A stretch of 61,047 nucleotides of DNA, counting the filler. It is 9 parts of 9 records of this genome, joined end to end, with 100 filler letters (N's around TTAATTAATTAA, not from the genome) between each part and the next. Parts side by side here need not be neighbours in the genome. Positions count along the whole stretch, not along the records: positions 20,898 to 26,363 come from SRR31156797_56337; positions 26,464 to 34,034 come from SRR31156797_56353; 7 more parts are not named here. One strand, written 5' to 3'. The translations under genes were made by a program, and so were the position numbers. The notes below the pieces were generated by a model that saw nothing but the letters and a program-made list of their open reading frames with translations, did not search any database and had not been told where the DNA came from. The stretch's first letter is position 1; each line of letters opens with the position of its first letter. Positions 20,898 to 31,540 of the stretch are shown in pieces.

Positions 20898-21749
20898 CTC
20901 GGGTATCGTGGAAATGTCGGCATCATGGTCTCTGAAGAAGATGACGAACCACGCGTGGTAGCACCATCAAAACCCGGGACGCGATATATCGTCCTCTTCG
21001 ATCCGCTCGATGGATCCAGCAACATCCATGTGAACGCGGAAATCGGGACGATCTTCTCCATCTTACGGGAAGATAAAACGGTTCCTGCTTCCGAAGGCCC
21101 GCTTCCCCATGTACTCCAGCCTGGCATCAAGCAGGTCGCTGCTGGATACGTGGTGTATGGCAGCAGTACAGTGCTCGCGTACACAACGGGTAAGGGGGTC
21201 CACATGTTCACCCTTGATCCGGAAATCGGGGCATATGTGCTCTGTCGCGAACATATCTCCATGCCCGAGTCCGGTCCGGTTTACAGCGTCAATGAGGGCA
21301 ACTACGAATCCTTCCCATTGGGGTATCGAAACTATCTTGACTGGGTGAAAAGCGTAGAAGCGGGTCCATATTCGTCACGGTACATCGGATCACTGGTTGC
21401 GGACTTCCATCGCACCCTGATTGCTGGCGGTGTCTTTATGTATCCGCCGACAACGAAATATCCAGGTGGAAAGCTGCGCCTCATGTACGAAGCCAATCCG
21501 CTTGCGTTTCTTGCCGAGCAGGCTGGGGGAGCCGCGACGGATGGCCGGAAGCGCATTCTCGAAAAAGAACCGCAAGCACTACACGAACGCACACCTTTGA
21601 TCATCGGTAGCTTTGAAGAGGTCGATACCGTCCTGTCGTTCCTCGGAGAAACACAGGAGTTTGATCGTGCTTACAGACGTCTTCGCGAGGAATCAGAACT
21701 TCCCTTGGCCGAGTCCATCCGCATTCACGATGCCGCGGAAGAAACCTGA
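20898..21749 (+). CDS. fbp: Class 1 fructose-1,6-bisphosphatase (5' truncated)
   Basis: SEE, FDPLDGSSN, RYIGSLVADFHRTL, GKLRLMYEANP. Confidence 0.95.
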   Translation, partial: LGYRGNVGIMVSEEDDEPRVVAPSKPGTRYIVLFDPLDGSSNIHVNAEIGTIFSILREDKTVPASEGPLPHVLQPGIKQVAAGYVVYGSSTVLAYTTGKGVHMFTLDPEIGAYVLCREHISMPESGPVYSVNEGNYESFPLGYRNYLDWVKSVEAGPYSSRYIGSLVADFHRTLIAGGVFMYPPTTKYPGGKLRLMYEANPLAFLAEQAGGAATDGRKRILEKEPQALHERTPLIIGSFEEVDTVLSFLGETQEFDRAYRRLREESELPLAESIRIHDAAEET

Positions 21750-21984
21750 TAGATTCTCATGTAGCACATTCTGTGTGAAGTAAGAGAATCTGTGCCTTGA
21801 TCAAAGAGATTTCAAGTTTCTGCTCGTCTCAGCAGTACTTCATTTCAACATTGAACTTGTATCCGTCTGGAAAAAACTGGTAGTCAGCCGCGCTGAATTA
21901 TGGTACGTTCATCTTTGGTTGGGGAAATCCAATACCGAAGAACAGACTTCAAAAGAAGTCACTCAAACGCGGAGAGTACATGCC

Positions 21985-24900
21985 ATGACAGCTTCCAGAC
22001 TCAGTGTGTTACTCAGCATTCTGCTGACGTGTATGTGTTATGCCGACGACAAAGCAGCTCCTGCTACCGTGGGTACCGATCAGGTTACCATTCAATTGAA
22101 ATCTGATGATGCTCAGCAACCGACAGAACCGGAGAAGTTTTCTGCGCGGTTCGCGCCGAAGGATCTGATCGCTCTGCTGGACTCCGAACCGGATGAACTT
22201 CCTCTGCCGCTTCGCCTGGAGTTTCAGCGGAAGCAGATCATTGCTGCACTGGAGCGAGTCTCAATGCAGGAAGTGGTCCAGAAAATGGAGAAGCAGCTGC
22301 ATGATCGCTTCAGCGGACGGTACCGCCCTGATTCCAGTTTAATCACGGCTCCTGTTCCTGCAGATAAACTGGTTGTGCTGGATGCGCCGGATTGTCCGGA
22401 CAAAGTCTGGAAGGGACCAAAACGGGAAGTTACGGGTTTCATCCTCTTTGATATCACTGAGAAGGAATACATCGAAGTCGCGGTCATCGTGATGCAGACG
22501 GCACGCCAGTTGATCGATTCCGGTGATCCGATCTGTGATCGTGATCATTCAGACTACTATAAGATTCTTGCCGAGAAAGAACTGGCTGACTGGCGGGATG
22601 TTCAGAAGCAGCTCATGAAGGATGAGCAGTTCAAGGCCGAAGTTCGTCAGCGTGTCGCCAAAGCTCTCAAGCTGGACGAAGAAGGCAACGGCGCAGACTG
22701 GGTTCGTGAAACCCGACGGTTCACGTACATCATCAAGGAAGGGAAGTTTATCGGAAAACTGCAACCGCTCGTCGAAGAGATTAACCACGATATGGAAGTG
22801 GCGGGCTTCAAGCCGAATCTTGGTTTGAATACTCCGGGTATCTGGTACGATCCGGACCTGCAGGATGTGGAGATCCTGTTGCCGCGACCGATTCTTGAGG
22901 GATTCCTCGATATTGCAGACCAGCTCGAAAAGCGAATGGCCGAGGAACACATCATCAGTATCGAAGCTGTTCGTCTGACAGACCGCGACATCCAGGACGG
23001 CACCATGGCTGCCCGTCTGAATCTGGAATCCCAGGGCGTTCATGATCCCCGCGCGTATCGTACGTCATCCGCGGTTCGCGAACTGGGTCTGAACTCGCTC
23101 CTGGCGGTTGCGAACCAGAATCTCCAGATCAACACGCTGGAACAGATCGCCGCGGGTGGACTTCCTTCGGGTGTGACACCGGTTCAGATTGCTCCGCCGA
23201 CGCTGCCCCCTCCGAACTTTACGCGTGAAGCGACGACAGTCGGTGGTGGTTTTTCGGTGGGGGCTGAAGACCTCTTCTTCGATGGAAGTGAACAGAGCTA
23301 CGGGTTCAGTTATATCAGTCCTGACGGCGTAGAGCATAATATTTCACTCGACGTGGCGGATAGCCTTCGTAAGTACTGGAACAGGATCGAACGAAACCTG
23401 ATCGTCCATAAGATCAAGAAAACCGAATCCAACTCGCAGTTCGAAGTGCCGATCGGGCCGAACACCAAGACGTTCGAAGGGATTGCGGCACTGATCTCCC
23501 AGCAGAACCAGCACCTGATCGTAGCAACCGGTACGGGGGCAATCTCCGAAACGGATGCAACGGCTGGTACATGGCTGATTATCCAGAATTTCTCGATTGC
23601 TCCGATTCCCGGCTCATCAACAACACTCGCAACCAAGGAACGCAAAGCGATTCGTGATAAGGTCCTCCTGACGATGATGCTGCGCGACCCCGATCGCCCG
23701 ATCGACTTCAAGCATCAGCTTCTGGATTCGGAAACACCGGAAGAACTGGAATCTCTGCTTGAAGATCATTACCTGGAAATTAAGGATGACTCGGTCTTCG
23801 GCGGCCAGAAAGCCAGGACGTATGAAGAGATTCTCACCAAACGTCAGACCGAAATGACCGAGGAAGCCCGAATCGAAAAGAAGGAAAAGAACTCGGCGAT
23901 CAGCATGTCGTTCTACTCCAGTCAGGGTACGATCCAGTTGACACCGGGCGAAACGCAGTTGGGTGATGCGAACGATTTGACTTCGTTCACGACTGAACTT
24001 CAGCCCAACGTGGTAACGCCGATTTCATCATTCATTTATCGCAGTGGTGAAGGGACGAAAGCCTCATCGTCGCTCACCGGTTTTGCACGCGGTGAAAGCT
24101 CGCAGGAAGAAAAGACGATGACCCACCTGGTGATTCGTGCCCGCTTCCCGACGATGCATCGCGAAAAGAGCGACCGGTTCGAAGGTCGTTATCTCGGATA
24201 CTTCAATCTTCCGGTACTGCAGGATCCGGTAACGGGCGAAAGCTTCCCGTTCCTGTCCAGTTCGGAACATCCGCTCGAGCGGCTTGCCAAGATGCGCATC
24301 GGCGCCATGTTCGATGCTCTCCAGGAAAACCGCATCCGTTCGACCTGGTCATTGTTTGATCCGAACATTGTCAACGGAACTGTTTCCCGGGAAACCTGGG
24401 AAGTCGCGATGACCAGGCTTCTGCTCAACCGCAAGATCATCAGTGATGCGGCACACCAGCAGAGCAATCTCAGCCCGGAAATGCGTCAGAAATTCGATGT
24501 CGAAGTCCGAACGCTTCTCGAATACGATGATATCTTCTTCGATGCTCCCAATGTTGCACTCAGTAACATGATGGAGTGGAATGATGTAACGCGGATTCTG
24601 CTGGCCCTGAATAACTCCCCGGACCGTTTCGCACTGGAACGTCTGCTGATGCTTCTGGACGACCTCGGTGAAACCATCGTCACGGATGAATACGCCCAGG
24701 AAACGCTGGCTGTTGCGATTCCTTCAGGGCTCGACGGGCACCTGCTCAGACCTCTGACGGAAAACGAACTGCGGTTGCTGCGTCGCGATGTCGCGAACCA
24801 TTACCTCCGCTTCGAGCAGGCATATGGCGATGCGTTCATGGAATCCGTCAGTATCATCTGTGGTCTCGGTACCTACCGGGCCAAGGACCGTGGACCGATG

Positions 24901-25137
24901 GAAAAAGGACCGTTCCGCGGCTGGCTGAATCTCGTGGTTTACGACAACAGTGCCCGCGCTGCTGCTGATCCGGAAGACTTTGAAATCGGCCATGACGATT
25001 TCATGCTGCTCAAGGAAGGCGGCATTCGCGGCGGATGGTTCGAACCGTCCATGATTGCCATCGAAAACCTCGACGACGAAAGTCGCAAGTTTGTCATTCG
25101 AGGCAAGGAAGTCGTGGAACGCGTATTCGGCAAGTAA
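21985..25137 (+). CDS. Large exported hypothetical protein (~1050 aa), putative highly divergent secretin
   Basis: Signal peptide after RBS GGAG; central region matches the secretin N3 and barrel pattern by eye (see findings). Confidence 0.55.
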   Translation: MTASRLSVLLSILLTCMCYADDKAAPATVGTDQVTIQLKSDDAQQPTEPEKFSARFAPKDLIALLDSEPDELPLPLRLEFQRKQIIAALERVSMQEVVQKMEKQLHDRFSGRYRPDSSLITAPVPADKLVVLDAPDCPDKVWKGPKREVTGFILFDITEKEYIEVAVIVMQTARQLIDSGDPICDRDHSDYYKILAEKELADWRDVQKQLMKDEQFKAEVRQRVAKALKLDEEGNGADWVRETRRFTYIIKEGKFIGKLQPLVEEINHDMEVAGFKPNLGLNTPGIWYDPDLQDVEILLPRPILEGFLDIADQLEKRMAEEHIISIEAVRLTDRDIQDGTMAARLNLESQGVHDPRAYRTSSAVRELGLNSLLAVANQNLQINTLEQIAAGGLPSGVTPVQIAPPTLPPPNFTREATTVGGGFSVGAEDLFFDGSEQSYGFSYISPDGVEHNISLDVADSLRKYWNRIERNLIVHKIKKTESNSQFEVPIGPNTKTFEGIAALISQQNQHLIVATGTGAISETDATAGTWLIIQNFSIAPIPGSSTTLATKERKAIRDKVLLTMMLRDPDRPIDFKHQLLDSETPEELESLLEDHYLEIKDDSVFGGQKARTYEEILTKRQTEMTEEARIEKKEKNSAISMSFYSSQGTIQLTPGETQLGDANDLTSFTTELQPNVVTPISSFIYRSGEGTKASSSLTGFARGESSQEEKTMTHLVIRARFPTMHREKSDRFEGRYLGYFNLPVLQDPVTGESFPFLSSSEHPLERLAKMRIGAMFDALQENRIRSTWSLFDPNIVNGTVSRETWEVAMTRLLLNRKIISDAAHQQSNLSPEMRQKFDVEVRTLLEYDDIFFDAPNVALSNMMEWNDVTRILLALNNSPDRFALERLLMLLDDLGETIVTDEYAQETLAVAIPSGLDGHLLRPLTENELRLLRRDVANHYLRFEQAYGDAFMESVSIICGLGTYRAKDRGPMEKGPFRGWLNLVVYDNSARAAADPEDFEIGHDDFMLLKEGGIRGGWFEPSMIAIENLDDESRKFVIRGKEVVERVFGK

Positions 25138-25186
25138 TAAGATAGTATGGTTCCTGCAGGAACTGTCTGACCTTTGAAAGAACTTT

Positions 25187-26363
25187 ATGGCGTTTGAACG
25201 AACCCTGAAACCGAAAATTCGTCCCGGCGTGGATGCCGGTCAGTTCGACCACACGGCAGAAGGAATGGTGACGCTGTATGATTCATCGCTGCTGTCTGCC
25301 GAAGTGCTGGAGATCAGTCCGCCGGTGTTGTGGATCATCGGGCACTTCGACGGTGTAATGACACTTCAGGATATTGAGCAAAAGTTCGAAAAGGAAATCG
25401 GACGCCCGCTGGAACCGCAGCAGCTCGACCAGATCGTTGACCTGATGGAGAAGAGCCGGTTTCTAGAAGGACCATCGTTCGAGCGGTATTACGCGGGACT
25501 GGTCGATCAGTATCGCCAGCTCCCGGCACGACCCGCCCTGGAGATGGGGCTGGAAAACAACAATGGTGAACTCGCCGATGACCTGAATAATATTCTGATC
25601 GAAGGACGTCAGGCGAGCGAACAGAAGGAGTTGGATTATCCTCCGGCTGACTCTATTGTCGGCGCCATTTCACCGCACCTGGATTTCCCCCGGGGCGCTC
25701 CGTGCTACGGAATTACCTATTCGATCCTGGCCCAGCGGAAAAAGCCCGACCGCGTGATTATCCTGGGGACCAACCATAACCCACGTACCTTCGCACCGAT
25801 CGCATCGGGTATCCCTTTCGCAACACCACTTGGAACGACTCCGGTTGACCTGGAGTTTATTGAAAAGGTAGAAAGCCGGTGCGGTAACCTGCGCCGATGC
25901 GAGCTCGATCATGTACGCGAGCATTCCATCGAACTTCAGTTGATCTGGTGCCAGCATCTCTGGGGTGCAGAATCATTCGAGGTCGTTCCCATTCTCTGCA
26001 CCGATCCTTTTATTGAGGCAGAAGTATTCCCGGGTGCTACCGAATGCTTTTCCGTGGAAGACGTAGCCGATGCAATGCGTGAACTTATTCCGGCGGACGA
26101 GAAAGATACGCTCGTGATAGCCGGGGCGGACTTCAGCCATATTGGTTCGCAGTTTGGTGAGGATCGCCTTGTGGATGAGGCCTATCTCGAAGAAATCCGC
26201 GTCATCGACAACAATGCACTGGATCGAATCGGAGAGAATGACGCGGACGGTTTTCGGAGTCTGCTGGCTGGTACTTGCAATCCTACCCACATCTGCAGCT
26301 CGGGTTGTTTGTATCTCCTGATGAAGATTCTTCCCGAATCGAAGATTACGGTTCTCGACTATC
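25187..26363 (+). CDS. amrB: AmmeMemoRadiSam system protein B (MEMO1 family) with N-terminal PqqD/RRE-like domain, 3' truncated
   Basis: PHLDF, GTNH, FATPLG, EHSIELQ, GADFSHIG, ICS motifs. Confidence 0.85.
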
Positions 26364-26463
26364 NNNNNNNNNNNNNNNNNNNNNNNNNNNNNNNNNNNNN
26401 NNNNNNNTTAATTAATTAANNNNNNNNNNNNNNNNNNNNNNNNNNNNNNNNNNNNNNNNNNNN
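26364..26463. other. Artificial contig linker
   Basis: N-run with TTAATTAATTAA. Confidence 0.98.
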
Positions 26464-26715
26464 CAAGACTCATAAGACGATCCAGGCATCCGAACAGAAC
26501 GGTTCAATTTTTCGCAGGAAAATTGTGCAATAGCACAATAACGTCCATTTTTCCAATATTCATCCACATGGCGGGCGTTTTAAAGGGTGCAAAACCCTTG
26601 GTTGACCTCCCAAAACCACAAAAAACACGAGGCATTGAAAACAACTCGAATCCCGTCGTGTTCTTCATGTTTTCGGTGAGAAAACCATTCCGATTTTTAA
26701 GGCCCAGGTTGCGGC

Positions 26716-27942
26716 TCAAGCATTGCTGCTCACTTTCTCTGCAATCTCCATGAATTCCCCTTCGCTGAGGACCCTTTTCAGATCGTGAGACCTGATCTTC
26801 ACCGCGGCAAGGACCTCGAGGGCTTTATCCTCGTTCAACTCCAACCCCAGTTTGTCGCACCATACCCAGATATTGTCCAGCCCGCTCTTTTTCCCCATGA
26901 GGATTTTCGGGTCTTCACGACCCACAAAGGCCGGATTGACCGGGTACAGGGTGGTGGGGTCGTCGGCGTATGCGTTTCGAAACCAACCGGTAACGATCCC
27001 CGATTCAATGCTGTAGGCGCCATCCCCGATGAAGGGTCTGGAAGAAGGAATTTCGGTTCCGGAAAGCATCCGCACCAGTTGTGAAAGCTCATTCATCCTT
27101 GAATAATCGATGCCCACATCGATGCCGTACATGGTCAAAAGCGCCATGACCGTCTCTTCCATGGGCGTATTCCCCGCACGCTCCCCGATGCCCAGGATCG
27201 TGGAATGGATCACTTCTCCACCCGCCAGAAGGGCATTGATGGTATTGGCCACCCCCAGACCAAAATCTGAATGAAAGTGGATCTCCAAAGGCTTGCTGAT
27301 CCTCTCCTTCACTCTTTTTGTAAAGTAAGTTGCGGCTTGTGGATTGAGAACGCCAAAGGTGTCCACCAGGGTAAATGCATCCATATGACCCTCATGGGCC
27401 ACCTTTTCCACCAGATTGAGCAGCCAGTTCATGTCGGATCTCGTGGCGTCAATGGTGAAAAAAACCGTGTAAAGACCTTGCTTCTTTGCAAATTCCGTGG
27501 CCTTGATGGAAAGTTCCATGGCCTTTTCCATGGGCCACTTGTACCCTTTCTCAATGAGGTGCGCGCTGGAAGGGATTTCGATTATGATTCCGTCTACGCC
27601 GCAGTCCGCCGCAAGCGCCACATCCTGCACCACGCACCTGCAAAAGCAGAATATTTCCGAATTCAAATTCCGCTTTACAATTTCCCGAATGGCCTCTTCA
27701 TCTCGTGGAGAAACCGCCGGCATCCCGGTTTCGATGCGATGAATGCCCACTTCCGACAATTTTTCAGCAATACGGATTTTGTCGTCTTTGTTGAAGATAA
27801 TCCCCGCCTGCTGTTCTCCGTCCCGAAGGGTAACATCATGGATCTTCACCTTTTCAGGTATAATAATATCATTTCTGACTTCATCGAGATAGTTCCAGGG
27901 GCTGACAAACCAATTGTCTGATTTCCACGGTGAATTGTTCAA
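26716..27942 (-). CDS. DRE-TIM metallolyase (LeuA/homocitrate synthase-like) without a regulatory domain
   Basis: DVTLRDGEQ, HFHSDFG, GIGERAGN, MGKKSG; TTG start after GGAGG. Confidence 0.85.
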   Translation of the reverse strand: MNNSPWKSDNWFVSPWNYLDEVRNDIIIPEKVKIHDVTLRDGEQQAGIIFNKDDKIRIAEKLSEVGIHRIETGMPAVSPRDEEAIREIVKRNLNSEIFCFCRCVVQDVALAADCGVDGIIIEIPSSAHLIEKGYKWPMEKAMELSIKATEFAKKQGLYTVFFTIDATRSDMNWLLNLVEKVAHEGHMDAFTLVDTFGVLNPQAATYFTKRVKERISKPLEIHFHSDFGLGVANTINALLAGGEVIHSTILGIGERAGNTPMEETVMALLTMYGIDVGIDYSRMNELSQLVRMLSGTEIPSSRPFIGDGAYSIESGIVTGWFRNAYADDPTTLYPVNPAFVGREDPKILMGKKSGLDNIWVWCDKLGLELNEDKALEVLAAVKIRSHDLKRVLSEGEFMEIAEKVSSNA

Positions 27943-27996
27943 AATTTCATCCTCCAAAAATATTGATAGATGCCCGACACCGACATCCAAAATGTT

Positions 27997-29010
27997 TTAA
28001 TTGCGTTTTGCAGCAGCCCGTTTGGAATAGTAATTGGCCATAATGGCCATGAGCAGAAGGCCGCCTTGAGCAAAATACATCCATTGGGGACCGGCGCCCA
28101 ACAGCGTCAGTCCATTGAGCAGACTGATGAGGAAAATGGCCCCTATGAGGGTTCCGGTAATGATGTTTTTTCCATTGAAGATGACGGTTCCCAGCATGGC
28201 GGCGATGAACGCCTCCAACATAAACCGTTCACCCAGATCCACATTCCCAACCGCCTGCCGGGCGGCCAGCAGTATGCCGCTGAAGGTGCTCAGAAAACCG
28301 CAGATCACAAATGTCAGCATGGTTAGTTTTCTGATGTTCACGCCCGACAGCCTGCAGGCCTCAATGTTCCCCCCGATCATGGTGATGTTTCTGCCGTAGC
28401 TGGTTTTTTCCATAAAGAGATAAGCCATAACAAAAACCACAGCCATGATAAAAACGGGAATCGGTATGTTCAAGAAAGTGCCGTTCCCCAAGATCTCGAA
28501 ATTCTCGGGCACAATATGAACACTCACGCCGCCGGTTATGCCGTAGAGAAACCCCACCAGCACAAACATGGTGCCCAGCGTTGCAATGAGCGAATTCATA
28601 TACAACCGGGTCACCATGAGTCCGTTGCATACCCCGATAAAAATGCCGATGGCAACGCCTGCGGCGATGCTTACCCAGATATCATATCCCATATTGCTCA
28701 TGAGATGGCAGGTGAGCATGGCGGCGGCGCCCGCGGCGTTTCCAACGGAGAGATCCAACCCCCCGGCGGCAATGACGATGGCCTCCCCAAAGGAGACAAA
28801 AGAGATAATGGCTGTTTCCGTGAAGATGTCGTAAAGATTGCCTAAGCTGATAAACCCGGGCCGTAAAATGCTGACGATCACGTAATAGATGGCGAAAACA
28901 ACGAAGATGCCGTACTGAATCAGGTGAGGTCCGCTTTTTCGGCTTTCCGCCTCAACCGGTGTGCTGATCGGCACGGCCGCGGTTACGGTATTAGAATTGG
29001 ACTTGCTCAA
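27997..29010 (-). CDS. CUT2 monosaccharide ABC transporter permease (RbsC-like)
   Basis: GGLDLSVG, IATLG, GRNITMIGGNIEACRLSGV. Confidence 0.9.
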   Translation of the reverse strand: MSKSNSNTVTAAVPISTPVEAESRKSGPHLIQYGIFVVFAIYYVIVSILRPGFISLGNLYDIFTETAIISFVSFGEAIVIAAGGLDLSVGNAAGAAAMLTCHLMSNMGYDIWVSIAAGVAIGIFIGVCNGLMVTRLYMNSLIATLGTMFVLVGFLYGITGGVSVHIVPENFEILGNGTFLNIPIPVFIMAVVFVMAYLFMEKTSYGRNITMIGGNIEACRLSGVNIRKLTMLTFVICGFLSTFSGILLAARQAVGNVDLGERFMLEAFIAAMLGTVIFNGKNIITGTLIGAIFLISLLNGLTLLGAGPQWMYFAQGGLLLMAIMANYYSKRAAAKRN

Positions 29011-29953
29011 TTTTCCCCCTCCTTACAGAAGAGATGGCGACAGATATGATGAGGATGAGACCCTGGGCAAATGGAACCAGATAAAACTTCATTCCCAGTG
29101 CGGTAAACCCGCTCAACAGGGTATACAGGAAGAAGGCGCCGATAAGGGTTCCCGGGAAATTGGCTTTCCCCGCCTTAAAGGTTGCGGTTCCCAGGAAACA
29201 TGCGGCAAGAACGGAAAGCAAAAGCGCCTTTCCCGCATACATGACCGCACCCCCGATGCGAAGTATTTCGATGTACCCGGCAAAGGCGAAGATGAGCCCT
29301 GCAACCACAAAAACGCCGGATTTCAGCAGCTTTTCTCGAATGCCCACCTCTTTGACGGCGCTGATATTCTCTCCCAGGGCCCTGATGTATTGCCCCACGG
29401 GCGTTTGGGTCTGCAGAAACCAGCAGATGGCGAACAGGACAAGCAGATAGATCACCGGCAGCGGCAGCGGTCCCAGTTTGGTCTGTACGATGGCCAGCAC
29501 TTCCGGATCCCTGATCCAGGTGGTAATGCCCTGGTTGTAAATCCTTTCAGCCCCCATACAGATAAACATGACCGCAACACTGGCCAGAAAGGAAGGGAGA
29601 TTCAGCACAACGATGAGAATGGCGTTGAGCAGGCCCGTTCCCAACCCGATGGCCAGGCAGACCAGCGTCACCGTGCCGATGGAGTGTCCCCCTTTGAGCA
29701 TCCCCGCCAATACGGCCCCAACCAGGCCCACCACCCCGCCGTAGGAAAGATCGATCTCACCGGTAATGAGAACAAAGGTCAAGCCAAAGGCGCAGATCCC
29801 CAGGGAAGTGGATTGAACCAGAATGTTCTGCAGGTTCTGTCCGCTGAAAAATCCCCGGGATGCAAAGGAAAAGAAAATGATCGCGGCAATGAAAGCAAAG
29901 GTTGCCCCGTAATTATTAATGACCTCTTTTGGCGTTGTTGGCTGATTCTGCAT
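28991..29953 (-). CDS. CUT2 monosaccharide ABC transporter permease (RbsC-like)
   Basis: GEIDLSYG, GQYIRALGEN; likely ATG at 29953. Confidence 0.9.
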   Translation of the reverse strand: MQNQPTTPKEVINNYGATFAFIAAIIFFSFASRGFFSGQNLQNILVQSTSLGICAFGLTFVLITGEIDLSYGGVVGLVGAVLAGMLKGGHSIGTVTLVCLAIGLGTGLLNAILIVVLNLPSFLASVAVMFICMGAERIYNQGITTWIRDPEVLAIVQTKLGPLPLPVIYLLVLFAICWFLQTQTPVGQYIRALGENISAVKEVGIREKLLKSGVFVVAGLIFAFAGYIEILRIGGAVMYAGKALLLSVLAACFLGTATFKAGKANFPGTLIGAFFLYTLLSGFTALGMKFYLVPFAQGLILIISVAISSVRRGKIEQVQF

Positions 29954-31490
29954 AGTCTCTCCCACCCATGACGTAAAATAGCACTTCCTCCCGATTGGTC
30001 GCCTCTGTTTCAAGCTCCTTGATGATCCGGCCGTGGAACATCACCAGGAGGCGATCACAAAGAGACAACACTTCCGTAAGCTCATTGGAAATAAAAATGA
30101 CGCCGGCGCCCTTTCGGGCAAGGTCGACAATGAGTTTGTAAATATCATACTTCCCGCCCACATCGATCCCCTTGGTGGGCTCGTCGAAGATATAGATGTT
30201 TGAATCGCTCATGAGCCATTTGGCCACCACCACTTTTTGCTGGGTACCGCCGCTTAAGAACTGAACTTCCTGTTCGGTTGTGGGCGTGGCAATGGCGAGG
30301 GTGCCGATATACTCCTTAACGGTCTTGGTTTCCAGATCCTGGTTGATCCATGAGGGACCGACGCAGAATTTTTTCTTCAAAGACGCCAGGGTAATGTTTT
30401 TTCTGACCGATTCATTCCCCACCAACCCCTGTGCTCTTCTTTCCTCGGGGATCAAGGCCAGGCCGTGGCGGAGGGCATCCTGGGGCGTGTTGATCCTCAC
30501 TTTCCGGCCTGAAACGTGGATATCTCCCCTCTGCTTGGGGTCCGCGCCGAATATGGCGCGCGCCACTTCGCTCTTGCCCGCTCCGATGCTCCCCACGATC
30601 CCCAGAATTTCCCCGGATTTCAGTTCCAAATGAATATCTTCTCCCTTTTCCTTGGGGAAGAGTTTCTTGATGGAGAGCATGGTCTCGCCAATTGGAAAAT
30701 ACTCTTTGGGAACCTGCTGGGTGATCTCCCTTCCCAGCATGTGTTTTACCAGTTCGGTCTTGGGCAGGTCTTCACTCTTGGCGGTGATGATCTTGCGTCC
30801 GTCCCGCAGAACCGTAATGCGGTCACAGATGCGGTAGATTTCTTCAAGGCGGTGTGAAATATAGACCACCGTCAGTTTTTTTTCCTTGGCCCGCTCCAGA
30901 AATGCAAAAAACGCATCCGATGCCTTTTGATCCAGACGGGCCGTGGGTTCATCCAGTATCAATAAGCGTGGGGAGGTCACCAGGGATCGGGCAATGGCCA
31001 CCAGCTGCTGCTGGGAAATGCTGAGGTTTTCCACCAGAGCCTCAACATCGATTTCAGAAGTGACCTCGGAAAGAAATCTATCGGCCATTTCGTGCATGGC
31101 TTTCCAGTCGATTTTCACAAACCATTTGACCGGTTCCCTACCCAGGCAGATATTTTGCGCCACCGTCAACATGGGGATCAGGTTCAAGTCCTGGTGGATC
31201 AGGCTCAGGCCCAATTCCTGCACCCCCCGTATCCCCAGGTCTTTCACATTTTGACCCTCGATGAAGATGTCCCCCTCTTCCTCGATATATTCCCGGACAA
31301 TGGTCTTCATGAGCGTGGATTTTCCGGCGCCGTTTTCTCCACAAAGGGCATGCACTTCTCCACGGGTGACCTCAAAGTCCAACGCTTTTAAGGCTTTGAC
31401 GCCTGGAAAGGATTTTGAAACCCGCTCGGTCCTGATCACAATGCTCCCTTGATCATCCTTTGGACTGTTCATCTTGTCTCCATAGGGCAT
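29916..31490 (-). CDS. CUT2 sugar ABC transporter ATP-binding protein (RbsA-like, two ABC domains)
   Basis: GENGAGKST, LDEPT, LSGGTQQK, FDEPTKGIDVG. Confidence 0.93.
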   Translation of the reverse strand: MPYGDKMNSPKDDQGSIVIRTERVSKSFPGVKALKALDFEVTRGEVHALCGENGAGKSTLMKTIVREYIEEEGDIFIEGQNVKDLGIRGVQELGLSLIHQDLNLIPMLTVAQNICLGREPVKWFVKIDWKAMHEMADRFLSEVTSEIDVEALVENLSISQQQLVAIARSLVTSPRLLILDEPTARLDQKASDAFFAFLERAKEKKLTVVYISHRLEEIYRICDRITVLRDGRKIITAKSEDLPKTELVKHMLGREITQQVPKEYFPIGETMLSIKKLFPKEKGEDIHLELKSGEILGIVGSIGAGKSEVARAIFGADPKQRGDIHVSGRKVRINTPQDALRHGLALIPEERRAQGLVGNESVRKNITLASLKKKFCVGPSWINQDLETKTVKEYIGTLAIATPTTEQEVQFLSGGTQQKVVVAKWLMSDSNIYIFDEPTKGIDVGGKYDIYKLIVDLARKGAGVIFISNELTEVLSLCDRLLVMFHGRIIKELETEATNREEVLFYVMGGRDYAESANNAKRGH

Positions 31491-31540
31491 CGGTTATCAT
31501 CACACGGGTCCCTTTCGCGAGGGCCCGTGTGACATTAAAA

